A program made the position numbers and the translations under genes. A stretch of DNA of 63,594 bases, the filler included, from Phoronis australis (lineage: Eukaryota > Animalia > Phoronida): assembly GCA_002633005.1 (NCBI GenBank). It is 6 parts of 6 records of this genome, joined end to end, with 100 filler letters (N's around TTAATTAATTAA, not from the genome) between each part and the next. Parts side by side here need not be neighbours in the genome. Positions count along the whole stretch, not along the records: positions 17,340 to 48,096 come from NMRA01001069.1; 5 more parts are not named here. One strand, written 5' to 3'. The notes beneath the pieces are model-generated. The model was not told the origin of the DNA and made no database searches. It saw only the letters and a list, made by a program, of their open reading frames with translations. Below, piece after piece: positions 22,755 to 36,200 of the stretch. Every line of letters starts with the position of its first letter. The stretch's first letter is position 1.

Positions 22755-23210
22755 AGGGTACCTAATTATCGGACGGAACCTAAATATCGGACATTTCATA
22801 GAATCTTACTTGAAGCATAATCTGAGAATNTTTATTATCACTTTGGCGTCTTGATATGACACCCGCACGTGCGCGGTCGGGGTTTGACTTGAGTTTAAAA
22901 ACAAATGAAAAAATGGAACAGTAACATATTGTCAGTTCAATGAGAAAGTTTCATTGTAGAAAAAGATTTTATTTTCAACTTTTATAACCGATTTATGCGA
23001 TCGTCCATTTTAGGCCGACTTGGGGGTCTAAATTACACCCTTTCTCGGTGAAATCAAAACGAGGCAACGCTGTAAAAAACGAGACGGTGCCGGACATTGA
23101 ATGCATTACAACGGAACAGCAATTGGTGTCATTCAATTCTCAGATTATGCTTCAAGTAAGATTTTTTGAAATGTCCGATATTTAGGTTCCGTCCGATAAT
23201 TAGGTACACT
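22755..23210. mobile_element. MITE with ~75-bp TIRs
   Basis: GTACCTAATTATCGGACGGAACCTAAATATCGGACATTTCA...GAAGCATAATCTGAGAAT, inverted at 23136-23210; flanking duplication ATGTGT (or TATGTGTA). Confidence 0.88.
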
Positions 23211-23776
23211 ATGTGTAAGCCCCGTACCTCGAAAAAGGGGAAAAAAGAGGAAAATTGATATGTATCTATTATAATTTGAGCAAACTGATTCACTGGATGA
23301 GGAATGCAAGAGTCCCGTTTTTGGCAATGGATAATGAAATCAACGGTCCCACTTTTTAATTTTTATTTGAAATTTTATATCCCTTTTTAGAAACTTATCT
23401 GTCGCTTCATAAAGGACTCGTCTCACGGGTGTGGACCGGTTAGTGGTATCCAAGGTGGCTGTTTTTTCTTCATATCCTTTCAAGAGGCTGCTGTCGGTGA
23501 TATACNATTGTTTGCATGTTTTGAAAATCTGGTGGGTTGTTCTAATCTCATAGGTCAGTCCTATTTATGGAAAATTTTGTTTGTTTTACACGGCAAGACA
23601 TTATGTTTTACTAAAAGTTCCCGATTTCATTTGGCGACCTGTAGTAGGCCTACTGATCGACAGAGCATGGTTTGGCCACTGGACAGTTTAACGCGGGCTG
23701 AATGCGAAATAAGCGTCATAGGTCTTCCTGCAGGATTATGAGGCACACGTAGGCCTAACCCCTCGGTTGGCTGGAT

Positions 23777-23910
23777 CATGGGGGCGGCGCACCATAGGGG
23801 TGGGGGGCGGCTATAGCCCCCCACCTTTTTCAGTGCTACGCCGCACATGGTCTATGAGGTGCACCACAGGGGGCTTTAGCCCCCACAGTCGGTGCTGCGC
23901 CGCGCCCATG
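23777..23910. mobile_element. Small GC-rich MITE
   Basis: CATGGGGGCGGCGCA ... TGCGCCGCGCCCATG termini; no TSD found. Confidence 0.6.
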
Positions 23911-24908
23911 TCTTGTGGATACGGCCGGGGGTGACTGCGGCATTCACTGAGGGACTGAGATGTAAATGCCTACATCCATTAAAAAGACGTGCAAAATTTG
24001 ACGAGTTACGTTTGTTTAACCAATGAGCTAGCTGGTGTAGCTCATTGGAAACTGCCGACATGTGTCGGTCGGTACTACACTAGTGCTAGCTTACCGTCAC
24101 GAGTTTCTGCCAAATACGCCAGACAGGTGTATATTTTGGTTTCATTTCATGTTTTTGAAAGATCTTTTTCCGAATATTCACCCATGGGCCTATTTTCGGA
24201 AATTGTCGGGTAAATTGTTTGATCGGTGGAAGAACTTTTGTCTCGTTTCCATTCTCAACCTACGTTGCAGTGAAGGGACGTACGTGAGGAGCACCTCGAG
24301 GTGAGGAGCGGCAAAACAAAGACTTTTGCCAAACCCTGTCGCTAGAGGGCGCACAGCCGGTTTTCTGTCTTTGAAAAACGCAAAAGACTATTTCCCGAAT
24401 GTTCGGACTAACAGTCGCGCCCACGGGCGAAAAGGCCACGCTTGGTTTCCCCACTACACCACCGGAAGTATTGGAGTCTGTGCGCGCGCAGGGAGGTCAA
24501 GTAGGTGACCTCTACATTAACCTATTTTATTGCCGGATGCTCTATCTGACCTCCTTCTTGTTTCCGGCATTGCTGAGACAGAAACTCAACTGCGATTTCA
24601 AGCGATTATTTAGCGAAAATCTACCTGCCTTACTACTTCTGCTGCAAAATCACTCGACTGTGCTCATTGTTAACGTGTTCAGGATTCCTGTTGTGTAGTT
24701 GTAATTACTTTGTTGTGCATAATCTTTCACTTTGAGCGTCATTTTTGGATCGTTTGTTTTAATCGTGTTAAAGGGCTAGAATAATTGTTTTGTTACCTTG
24801 GTAACTACTTATATGTTATTTTTTCCTTAGTATTCCTGCGTATTAGTTGATTCTAATATAAGTTTTAGATTTTCAGACATCAGGTCAGCTTTGAACAATC
24901 AGGGAAGA

Positions 24909-26352
24909 ATGAGGGTGAGTTCTTGGAACATTATTTTCTTAAATGATATCTTGTGTAGGCTTAGCTGTTACTACATGCCCATTCATTTGTCCTAGGATAG
25001 AGTTTTGTAAGGTCACTAGTAATTTCCTTGAAAAGCAAGATTTCGCTGTGCAGTTCTAATGAGATCGCATTATTTTGATTACGATTTGCTTGCTGCAAGA
25101 GTTGTACTGTCATGAAAATTAACCAAGAATCATATGAATAAGATTCTGTTGATCATGCTCACTTCAGTGGAGTTCCCGATCACCGCTTTCCCTAAAGTCA
25201 TTGATCGGAGTGTTACTTGTCCTGGAGGAAAAGTCACCAGCCTCCGAATGGACCCTGTTTCTTATTTGAAAATCAAAATCTACACTAGGTCATGAGGAGG
25301 TGGGACTCAACTGTAAATTCCTCAAAGTAGTTACTGAGACAAGTTAAAGCAGGTTTTAGGGAACAATGTGCAGTATGGAGGGCACTTGTCTTTATTATGC
25401 TAATTGTCATTTATCTTCATTTATACTTATTCTTAGGTTAAGGTGATCACGGATAGCATTTACAAGTACATTGAGAGCAGCCGCAACATCAGCATCGACT
25501 TGCAAGTACACAGTGGAAGATGTGTTAGTTTTTGCTCAGATGGTGAGTTTAATATAATAACAAAATCAAAACTTCATTTTGCTATAGTCTGGCTAGAAAT
25601 GAAAATCAAGTTTGGAATGAAAATTGAATTTGTTCTTTTACGGTTATATTTTACATTTATTTTTACTAATTACCTCACCATAGTTCCACCTTATTTCTGA
25701 AGTGTTTATAAATCTGATCACGGTGTGNAGGGTGGAAAGTCTGCGACAGGCTACAGGTGCTAGTATCAAAGTGCATTCCGAATGTTTACCTGGTTCTTCA
25801 GATCGAGTTGTAAACATACATGGATCACTTGAAATGGTTATGAGTTGTGTAGATAAAATTCTGCATATCTACAATGAAAATCAGCATGGTGTTGGGCTGA
25901 GCCGGAGCTATATTCCACCAACGCCCAAACGTCAGCGAATATCCAGCAATGGTAATGAGCCAACAGTTGTTCGTCAATCGGGAAGCCTTCTCAATGATAC
26001 TAGCTTGGACAAACCGGGTATACTTGGAGCCTTTGGCCAAATGAACAGACCAAGCTTGCTTAATGAAGACTTTGGAATGGGATTTGGGTTTGGATTGGAT
26101 GATTATGCTGACTGTTTTGGTAATATTCAAAAATGTGAGGTTACCATATCCAACCAGTTTGTTGGCTTCATCATTGGTAGAGGTGGTGATCGCATTCGAG
26201 ACATACGTATTCAGTCAAAGGCGTCTATTGTGATAGACAACTCTGAGCCAGATAAAGAGGAGCGCACCATCACAATAACAGGAACTAAACAACAAATTGA
26301 TTTTGCGCAATGGCTGATGAGGAAGGCTGTGCATCTAGCTTCTCATCCATAA
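24909..26352 (+). CDS. hnRNP K/PCBP-like two-KH-domain RNA-binding protein; proposed exons 24909-24914, 25437-25542, 25703-26352
   Basis: Phase-compatible GT/AG sites give MR/VKVITDS...FCSD/VFINL...LRQATGASIKVHSECLPGSSDRVVNIHG (KH2-like) and VTISNQFVGFIIGRGGDRIRDIRIQSKASIVID...ERTITITGTKQQIDFAQWLM (KH3-like). Confidence 0.8.
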
Positions 26353-26374
26353 TAACATGTTTGACAATGGACTG

Positions 26375-26476
26375 AGATTACACTGTGCAGTAGATTACAC
26401 TGTGCAGTAGATTACACTGTGCACTAGATTACACTGTGCAGTAGATTACACTGTGCAGTAGATTACACTGTGCAGT
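26375..26476 (+). repeat. 17-bp minisatellite x6
   Basis: Six copies of AGATTACACTGTGCAGT, one with a substitution, starting 23 bp after the KH gene stop. Confidence 0.97.
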
Positions 26477-27329
26477 GTTGTAAATAGAGTTTGATATCAA
26501 TTTATTTGGTTTTAAATTTGTGAATACCTGGTAGGCAAGTCATGTGTAATTGTTATCTCAATCCATCTATGTTTCTGAAAGTGAATTTACAGCTTTGTCA
26601 TTCTTAAAGCTGTTATTTTTCTCTTTGCTCTTAAAGAAACATGGTTGCAGCGGAATTCCAGTGGTGTTTGAATAGTGTTGGGCTGTTAACATGTTGTTTG
26701 TATCAAGATTTGCTGGGCCGTGGTCCAGTGTGAGAGAAATCAACCATCTTGAACACATTTTTAGTTGAACACAATTTGAAGCAGAATTTTGGTGTATCAC
26801 ATCATATTTTGATTGGAATTTAAACATTTTTCCCTCGCAAGTTGCATAATATGGAATTTTCGCATGAAGGTTGTAGATTACGTGCTAAATGGGTTGGCAA
26901 CCGTGCAAAGTTTCATTTTTATGGTCAACTTCATTGGTAAAATGAGTTGTTGTTTGTCATCAGAATCGAGAGTATTCAGCGTTTCCGACCAAACCGGATA
27001 TTTTTTTCAAATGCTTGAGGTTGAATTGACCAAAACAATCTTGAATTTGGACACCATTCTAACCTTTGAGCATGTAAAGTTTCAATCAAATCATGAAGAA
27101 TGAAATTGTTATGGACATCAGGTGGGTGTTATCAGGCATTTTTGTGTACCCACTTATACATATGTGGGTGCAAGATATTGTTACCTTTTGCTGGGAACGT
27201 GGCGTCCACTGATGTGCTCCTAAACATCTTGCAGGACCTTAATGAGATTTGGCAGATGTGTTCCTATGAAACTGATGGCCCATAAATTTTTTATCAATTT
27301 TAGTTTCTTTTTTACATTTGCCTCTGTGT

Positions 27330-28240
27330 CTGGAGTTTCTTGATGGATTTTCATCAAATTTGGCAAGTAGGTTTTTGTTGAGATGGTGATGCTCTCCCAA
27401 TTTTGGACAGATTCAGTGTATTCTGTGCCACCTAGTTGCCACTTTAATCATTTCAATTCTGTTTCGTGGCACCCCTTTTGTTCGCCCACTGCTCGAATGA
27501 TCATTACAAAAATTCATTACTGAAATTAGCAGACGTGTTCCTGTGGAGAAGACTATAATTGGACAACATTGATATTCCGACTAGACTTATTACTGTGGCA
27601 CCCCCTATTGGCAATTTGCATCTGCAGCTGTATCACCTTAACCCCTTCCAAATTTCAGCAAGTGTTTTTCTTTGTCTGTGAAAACAAATGAAGACTAGTT
27701 TCAGTCTGATCCAACTATTGCTGTGCCCCCTAGTAGCAATTTTAGATTTTGTCATATATACCTCTGCATCTTCATGTTCCTTAACAGATTCTCGTGAAAT
27801 TTAGCAAATTGGTTAATATTATGGAGGTGGTGATTTTAAGGGTAGATTTGACATGTTATGTACCACCTAACGGTCATTTATTATTTGCAAGTTTTTACAT
27901 CCAAACTCTTCCAGGGAACAGTATTAAAATTGGCTGTTGTGTTCCTACTGAGAAGACCATGACTGAGGTTAATTTTCCCACAGCTCTGTCTACTGTGGTG
28001 CCCCCTAGTAACAATTTATTTTTGTGACCCAGCTGTATCTTAGCACCTTGCAGGATTTTTTTAATATTGTCAAGTGTATTTCTGTGAATGTGAAAACAAA
28101 GGACGATGACTTTCAAGCAGATCTGTCTACTGCTGTGCCCTGAATCTTCAGAGTTTCTTCTCAGAATTTCATGAAATTTGGCACATAGAGATGGCAACAC
28201 TTCTATTTTTGTATTCTAGGCCACCTAGCAACCATTGTAT
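27330..28240. repeat. Degenerate tandem array, ~137-bp period
   Basis: TG(C/T)(C/A)CC(A/C)CTA-type cores at 27424, 27594, 27722, 27859, 27997 and 28219; GTGAAAACAAA blocks at 27678 and 28090. Confidence 0.6.
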
Positions 28241-29255
28241 TTATTTTCTCGTGGACTCTCAGTTTATTTGGTTCTGGTAAATGCTTATTGTATTAATATC
28301 AGGAGTCTAAAACAAGAATATTTGACAGTCTGATGGAAAAGTTTTGCTAATTAAACATTTTAATGTGTTCTGTTCTCAGAAGGAATCGAATGAATAAAGA
28401 TTTGGAAGAAATCCAGATAAAATTCATTTAATGAATTATATTTCGTTTTCCAATTATGGCTTTTGTGAATTCTAGTAGTTAGTCGTGCTACACTTGGTCA
28501 AAATTCTTAATATTCAGTATTCATATAAACTGGTCACATTTATTGGAAGCATGGGATACGTCATTAAGTTTGCAGTGCCAAGTCACTTTCAATCAAAAAC
28601 AACCTTGAAAAGAATTTCTGGCATAAAATGATCCATTACCATCATCAGTCGCCCCCTAATGATTTGTACTCTGCAGCTGAGACAGCTAATTTTACACGTT
28701 AGGTATGCCTAATGTCTACCCCCAGAAAACATGACTTTAAAACACTTTCTAGCATGTCAAAAGTAAACAAAATAAACAAGTATTTTCCAAAAATTTGAGA
28801 CTGTCACCGCGGTACTGAGATGGGTTAAATGGTGGCATTCAGAATGCTTGAAGGGTACTAACCGACTGATTGCCGAAAGTAACCCTTTCGCCATCGTACT
28901 TAGGCTTTATGTTTCCGACGTCTCGCTCGGTCTACCGGCCTACGCCTGTCTTTCTTGCTTACTAGAAACTCTCTCGATGATCAATGAGACTTAATAGATT
29001 AATTTGCTTTTGGGGTTAGTGTAAATTTTTTTTTAAATTTTGGTCTTGGTGCTGTGTTTATATGCGTTTGACGGTTCACTTGCCGACGAAAACGGATTCG
29101 GGAGTTGAACAAGCAGCCCTGTAATTCATGCGCGCACCTGGGGGCTCGCATTTTTGAGAGTGCGGGCCTTTTACTAAAAAAACGGTAGGTCTACGTTCCG
29201 AGCTATGAATTGTGGAGTTTTTTTCAATCGACGTACAATGACATTGTCGTGGGCC

Positions 29256-29518
29256 TAGTCAGCACCCACCACTACACGCGCTACTAGTTTCACATTGTTG
29301 CAATCGGCACACACCACTACACGCGCTACCAGTTTCCCATTGTTGTAGTCATCACCCACCACTACAGGCGCTACCAGTTTCACATTGTTGTAGGCAGCAC
29401 CCACCTCTACACGTGCTATCAGTTTCAAATTGTTGTAGTCAGCACCCACCACTTTACGCGCTACCAGTTTCACATTGTTGTAGTCAGCGCCCACCGTTAC
29501 ACGAGCTACCAGTTTCCA
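29256..29518. repeat. 45-bp minisatellite, ~6 copies
   Basis: Unit TAGTCAGCACCCACCACTACACGCGCTACCAGTTTCACATTGTTG. Confidence 0.95.
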
Positions 29519-30147
29519 TTCCCATGTTATTTAATCGTGACGTCAAATGGCCATGTTCACTGTTCACTTGCCGTGAGATACAAAAGGGTATACAGCTGTT
29601 TACAATATTGATTTTTAAAGTTATTTTGTTTGCCGCTGTTGAACCATTCTTGAGTCATTCGGAAACCTGTAGAATATTGTGCCATTTTCGCGTCCAGGCC
29701 CGTAGCCAGCATTCCGCGGGGGGTAGTTGGAATTTCTAGAAAGATGGACCTTTTGCAAACCTCGACACTCCGAGTTTTTGGCCAAGGCGCTTGACGCAGT
29801 TTAATTATGGGGAAGGGAAATCTGTATCCACGGCAACGGTGGCTCTCAGCACTATGTTCCTGAGATAAAACGGACTTTGTAATACCAAAAATGGGGATGT
29901 CACGTCGTGACGGTTGCTCGCAAACAACAAGACTCAAATTCGAACGTAATGTGATCCATAAATAGTAGTCTAACGTTCTCGCGTTACCTCCTGCCAAAAT
30001 TTCAGATCGGACTAGTGAGTGGTTACACCTCATTGTTTGACATACTCGGACGGAAATATTTAGTCGGAGAATGACCACGTAATTTTTCACTTTTTGTGAT
30101 TGTATTTTTGTTAAAAGTTGCTTACGTCGCTGGAAATGGGAACAGCC

Positions 30148-31070
30148 CGGCACTATTCCGAAGGTTCACTATTCCGAAGGTTCACTACCTCGGAAGGTTC
30201 ACCACTCCGAAGGTTCACTAACTCCGAAAATGTCTACAATTTCTAACTCGGGTGTAATTGTTGTATTTATACTTATATATGCAAAAATTAATAAGCGACA
30301 CTTCAGTTATTAGATGCAACTATACAGACAACAATACACGCTAATCACTTTGTTTGGATTTCATGTGCATGTGAAATTGTCGCATGACTTACGACCACGG
30401 AAAAATGAGTACGTGCGGAATCTCGCTGGTCCCTGGCGTGCCGCTAGTTGGTCAGTAGCCAGACACGTAGGGAACGTACCAGCGAGTAAAAGAAGTGAGG
30501 TAGGAATGTTGATGAATAATCAACCACGATACATTCATCAATCCCATGTCAAAATCGCATCATTCATCTCCAGTCACAGCGCGACAGAAAATAGGGCGCT
30601 TATCACCCACCGGAACTACTCGCACACCGGCCGGGTCGAAACTAAATGTAGTTAGTAAGCTACTCTGTCCCTGTCAGTCTTCACGAAGTCTCTTTCAGTT
30701 TTCTTAAATTTAAAACCGCCGTTGGTTGCCGCATCCCAGACCCGAGCCCCGGATGTTGTCTCTAATTGAGAATGAGTCTTTAATTAGATTCAAGAATCCC
30801 AATTGCCACCCAAGTGATTGGGCTGAGCTCTTTTGTAAACAATGCGTAAATCAATCTTTCCCGGACTATTCAACTCTTGTACATCCTTATGGTTACTAAA
30901 TGGGCACAAATAAAAGGCAATACCTTGTTCATTTTCAGTTCTGAAGCATTAGTAGAAAGTCAGAGTTAATGAACTGTCGGGAGTTCTGGCCGGGGTTTCG
31001 TAATTGTGGGCACTCAAAGTGGTGCCTTTCGAAGGTAGAGATACTTCGGAGTAGTGAACCCTCGGTTTTG
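30148..31070. mobile_element. Foldback-like element with ends built from ~16-bp repeats
   Basis: CACTATTCCGAAGGTT tandem copies at 30151-30228; inverted degenerate copies (CTTCGGAGTAGTGAACC) at ~31024-31066. Confidence 0.5.
30570..30810 (+). repeat. Dispersed repeat; inverted homolog at ~40240-40495
   Basis: CTA.C.CTGTCCCTG.CA.TCTTCA.GAAGTC...TTCTTAAATTTAAAAC.GCCGTTGGT...ATGTTGTC.CT..TTGAGAATGAGTC present in both copies. Confidence 0.8.
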
Positions 31071-32927
31071 TACATGAAACCTTGGAAATCTTTTCCATCA
31101 AAATTGTTGCTCGTATGAAATCTGCGAGGCTGTGCACCATTGACCGATTGATTTACAAGAGAAGACTTTCTCCATTGATCAAAGTTCTAATGGGGCTATT
31201 CGGAAAATCTACAATAACTAGAGGGCACGCGTGTACTAGTGGCGAGCCCTTTAAATACATGGTGAAATGGCTTGCAGCCGTGCCAACTGAATCTGAGATT
31301 GCGTGAAAAGGGTGCTTCTATGAGAGGAAGTAAGCACAATTTTATACAAAGGTAAGGTTTGTGATTATTTTAACGATTACTCCATGATTATTCTACCGAT
31401 GCCTGTTAACTGAAGTACTCGCCGATGTCGACTTAGCGGCAGTTGCCAGTCGGGTTAATCTTTGTTGTGATATGTGATACGATACTTGACGGGATCTTTT
31501 CGTGCATCAAAGCATTATTATTGTTTGGAATGATTTCTAACAGTTTATCAGTGACTGTTACACCAGTCAATGCTGAATGTTTTTGATGTCAACTCGATAC
31601 ATCTAGGTTAATGAGTTAAGATTACAATCCAAGCCCAATGGAAAAGGGTACTTGACAAATATCCATTGCATTAGACTATTTGTTTACTCCCTATCACATG
31701 TCTTCTGGAAATCTATTACACGTTGAAATGGAAATCTATCACGTCTGTTTTCACGTAACCTTTGGTTTTTAGGTTTGAGGGCTTGTACCGTGCAGAGGAG
31801 ATATGCATCGCTTTTGCATCGTACCTGAATGGACAAAATTGGTTTTTAGCATTTGACTGCAGCTAACTAATAAGATCTTCCCATCCAGTGCAGATCTGTT
31901 GTCAAAGCCTACTTTCAATATTGGAGACAACGAACAAAGCCTTTGAAAAGGAACAGCTATTTTTAAAGAAAGGTATGTAAGTCATTTTGTTAATTTACTT
32001 ATTCAGGTCCTTAGCGGGGGATTGGCATGGGGGGTTGGGGTTGTAATATTTGGTACAAATAAATGTGTGGAAATAACAGGTAATACATGTTTGGGGAAAA
32101 GAGCATGGTGAGGTAATTCTTAACCTTCATAAAGCCCCTTCAAGTTGATTTCATGAAACTGTTTTGCTACTTGTATCAATTGTAAACCCATGAAAATATA
32201 TTACATTTTCTGAGTTCACAGTGACTGAATAGTCTTAACTCATGCCTTGAAATGTTGCAAGTCGTTATGAATTCAAATGACTGCCATTTTTGTGAAAATT
32301 GCATTTTTGATGGTGCCTTACGATTTGTCATTACTCTTCATCAACAGAAAGATTATCCATCATTTTTAAATGACCCAAGTCTTCATATCTTCTATTAGAA
32401 GAAAAATTAAAAGTCTGAGAAACGGTTCCCTCAACCTTAGACTAGAAGTATGCTTGACAGACCCATGAACCTGTAATGGAGGTTTAAAATTGCTAAAGTA
32501 TCAAAATTAAAAAGGATTGAAAATGGGTAACAAAGGTTTGAAGTTGTCTCAAAAACTTGTATATTTTGCAGACAGGTGATGCGTTTAAAGAATTGTTATG
32601 GCTAGGAATAAAAAATAAAGACAGTTTTATGCAATACTTATTATATACACCCTTGGTTTCTGAAAATAGTAATTATTTGATTTTATGTGAAACTGTTGTG
32701 AAGTGTTCTGTTATACCAATAAAGTCATATATCCAGTATATTAATACGTTTATTATGGAGAGCACAAATACACTACTTATCAGATCAAGCTGTAGCCAAT
32801 AGAGGAAGTAGGTCAAGTTCAATGTGACTTCCAAATAACAACATTACTTAACTAACACATGACATCTCCCGTCTTCAAAAGAAAAACAAAAGAATATTCA
32901 ACTACACTAAACTAACTTATGAAAAGT

Positions 32928-35900
32928 TTACGAAAGAACAAAGTCCTTGAAGCGACTGGGTAGCTTGATTTGTCGTTTAGGTCTGCCACCTGTAGACTCG
33001 GGCTGCGGTGGTTGGTTGGTTTGTTGAATAAGGCGTCCGCCGGGGGTTTCCAACTTACAATCGGGTGGCAACGTTGGTGGTGGGAGTTTTGGTTCACTAG
33101 ATGAAGTCTCCGGCTGTGGTGACGGCTTTGATGCAGGACAATCTTTCGAGTCTGGATCCAGACGCTGGGGTATCAGGCTTGGCTTTATATGCACACGGTT
33201 TCTTGAGTACTTAACACCGGCAGTGTCTTTGACAGTATACGACCGTTCACCGTCTGTAGATGAGATTGTGCCTTGTGCCCACTTAGTCTTGTCCGAAGAC
33301 GGGTTTCTAATGAACATTACTGGTTGGTTCTCGGAGAGACAGGTGGCTTGCTGTCGGTTGGCGTTCTTGTAGTCTGTGTGCTTTTCAGAACGGGTACCGG
33401 CTTTTTCCGACACGTGGTTGTCGAAAAATGTGATGGGTATACTTGGCAGGTCGGTTTTCACCTTGCAGTTAAACATTAGTTCGAACGGGGATGGAATGTC
33501 ATGGGACAATGGGGTGTCTCTGACGCACAACAGGATGTCTTCCATTGTTAGACTTTCTTCGCCTTTAGATTTCTCCATTAAGAGCTTTAGCATTCCTATT
33601 GATCTTTCACATCTCCCGTTTTGCCATTGGGAATGCGGTGTGGCAGGTTCATGAACTATGTTGTACTCCATGCACAGTTCCTTGAATTCTTCGCTGACGT
33701 ACTGAGCGCCATGGTCAGACACGATGACCGACGGAAAACCGAATAAATTGCACACTTCCTTTAGATGTTCAATAATCTTAGAGGTCTCTTGACTTTTCAA
33801 CTGTTTGATCCATGGAAACACTGTATGGTAATCCACGATACATGAGAAGTGCTTTTGTCTGTATTGAAGTAAGTCCATTCCTAAAACCTGTAGCGGCATC
33901 GTAGTAGTAATAGGGATAACAGACATAGGTTTCTGTCTGTTCTGATTTTCGAGACAGTCGGGGCAAGACAGGATCATCTGTCTGATTTGCTCAGTCATGC
34001 CTGGCCAAAAAAAAATTCTCTCGAGCTCTTTCTGTCGTTTTCTGGACACCTTGATGAACTCGATGGAGCTTGAGAAGCATATGATTTCTCATTTTCTGTG
34101 GAATCACGATCTTACTGCCTCTGACTATGAGACCGTCCAAAACTGCCAGGTCATATCTGTAATTCCAATACGCCGACACCTGGTCTGGCAGCTGATTCTT
34201 TTGCGAACTAGGCCAACCTTTCTGAATAATTACACACAGCTCACTGAGGGCTGGGTCATTTCTTGTCTCATGTTTTATTTTTTCCACGTCGGATTCGGTT
34301 GCTGAGTTCACCTCAAAAATCCCGTCTGTCATAACATCAGACAACACTGGGAGCTGATTTTTGGGCTTGGGGATACATCTCGAGAGGCACTCAGAAACGT
34401 ACATCTCCTTTCCTTTTTTGTAGATGATTTTCATCTGGTAACCTTGTAACATGCGAACCATCCCCTGTAATCTAGGCGGAATACTATGTAAATCTTTCTT
34501 GAACATTGGTTCCAAGGGCGCATCGTATGTCTGTACTGTAAATCTTTGACCATACACAAACTGTTTGTAGTGCAGTACCGCCCACATCACTCCTAACATT
34601 TCACGCTCAATGTTGGAGTATCTTGTTTCGGCATCAGCTAGGCTTCTCGAGGCGAAATTGACAGGCTGTCCATCCTGTACCAGACATACTCCCAGGCCTT
34701 TTTGCGATGCATCGCATTCGATAACGATGTCCTTAGTAGGGTCGAAATATTTCAGAGTTTGTGCATGAATTACACAATCTTTAAGGGCATCCAGTATTTC
34801 AGTGTGTTTCTCAGTCCATTCAAACTCACTGTCTTTCTTTAGTAGCCTTCTTAGCTCAAATGTCATGGAGGAGAGATTTGGTACAAACTTACCAAGGTAA
34901 GTAAAACACCCTAAGAGTGACTGCAGCTCCTGTTTATTCGTAGGTGGGGTGAGCTTCAGCAGCGCGTTGACCTTTTTTGGGTCTGGTTTTACGCCTTCAG
35001 CTGTAAGGACGTGGCCGAAGAATTTTACTTCGCGCTGCAGGACTTTCGCCTTGTCTGGATTTAATCGGAAACCAGAATCTCGACACTTTTGGATAACTCT
35101 ATTGAGGGCCAGATCGTGGTCTTATTTTGTTGAGGCGGCGATCAAGATGTCATCGGCGATGCAATACACGTTTGGGATGTGGCCAAAAGTGTCATCAATA
35201 GCACGCTGGAAAACGTCTTGGGAGCTATTCAGTCCAAAAGGTAGCCTGCGAAATGAGTATCTACCGTGTGGGCCATTGAATGTCAGCAAGGGTATACTTT
35301 CATCATGGATAGGGATATTCCAGTAACCCGATGACTGATCAAGCGTCGAAAAATATCTGCAGTTGCTTAGCCGCGCTAATACTTCATCAACAGTGGGGGA
35401 GTAATGATGGGGTCTTTGGACAGCCTTGTTCAGTGGCTTTGGGTCCAAACATATCCTTAGTTTACCATTGGGCTTTGGGACAGACAGGAGACTATTCACC
35501 CAAGGTGTTGCTTCTCGCTGTTTCTTAATGATCCCGAGTTCCTCCATTCTGTTGAGCTCATCGAGCAACTGGCTCTTGACCTTCTCGGGCACTCTTCTCG
35601 GGGGACACACTACTGGCTGGATGGTATCATCAATTTGTATCTTGTATTCATAATCGTTGAGCTTGCCTATGCCAGTGAAAACATATTTGGCTTCTGTTAT
35701 AACCTGCTTAGTGGTTTTGACTCTTATAGTATTTTTCACTTTCACTTGTGCTTCGGTGTCATGAACTTCGCTAACATTGTAGTCACCCTGGCAATCGTTG
35801 CATTTGCCGGGCTGGTCGCACATCAGCTTCACTATTTGCATTCCCTTGCAAAATCTGAGGCAGAACAGATTACTGCCAAAGTCGGACACAAAAAATTCAA

Positions 35901-36200
35901 CATGTCGACCAGTGACATTGTTATGATGGACTTTGTCTATACGGACCTTCCCGTGGTTGGTGAATCTTTTGCCGCCATATCCCGTGAGTTTCACGGATGA
36001 CCTCTGAAGCATCTGTTTAGCTTTGTCGCCAAATATTTTCTTATACGTTGCGATGTTGAGCAGGTTAACTTGAGCGCCCGTGTCGACTTTGCCTTTCAAT
36101 CTTATCTGGCTGCCTGGTACATCCAAACGTACAACGGCAAACTGCTTGTCCGGACCAAATTCATCGTTGAAAAGGACTTCTGCGGGCATGACCTGTCCGT
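32928..36200 (-). pseudogene. pol: Gypsy pol (protease, RT, RNase H, integrase); stops and frameshifts
   Basis: VDTGAQVN; LRICLDPKPLN, RLPFGL, IADDILI; CDASQKGLG, YSNIERE; CPDC, MDL, SDHGAQY, NGRCERSI. Confidence 0.95.

Noticed and set aside
29255-29494. Repeat protein GADYNNVKLVARVVV
   Set aside because: A 45-bp minisatellite read in frame; no splice or gene context.
29557-30153. 198-aa ORF
   Set aside because: Non-ATG start at a repeat edge and no recognisable motif.
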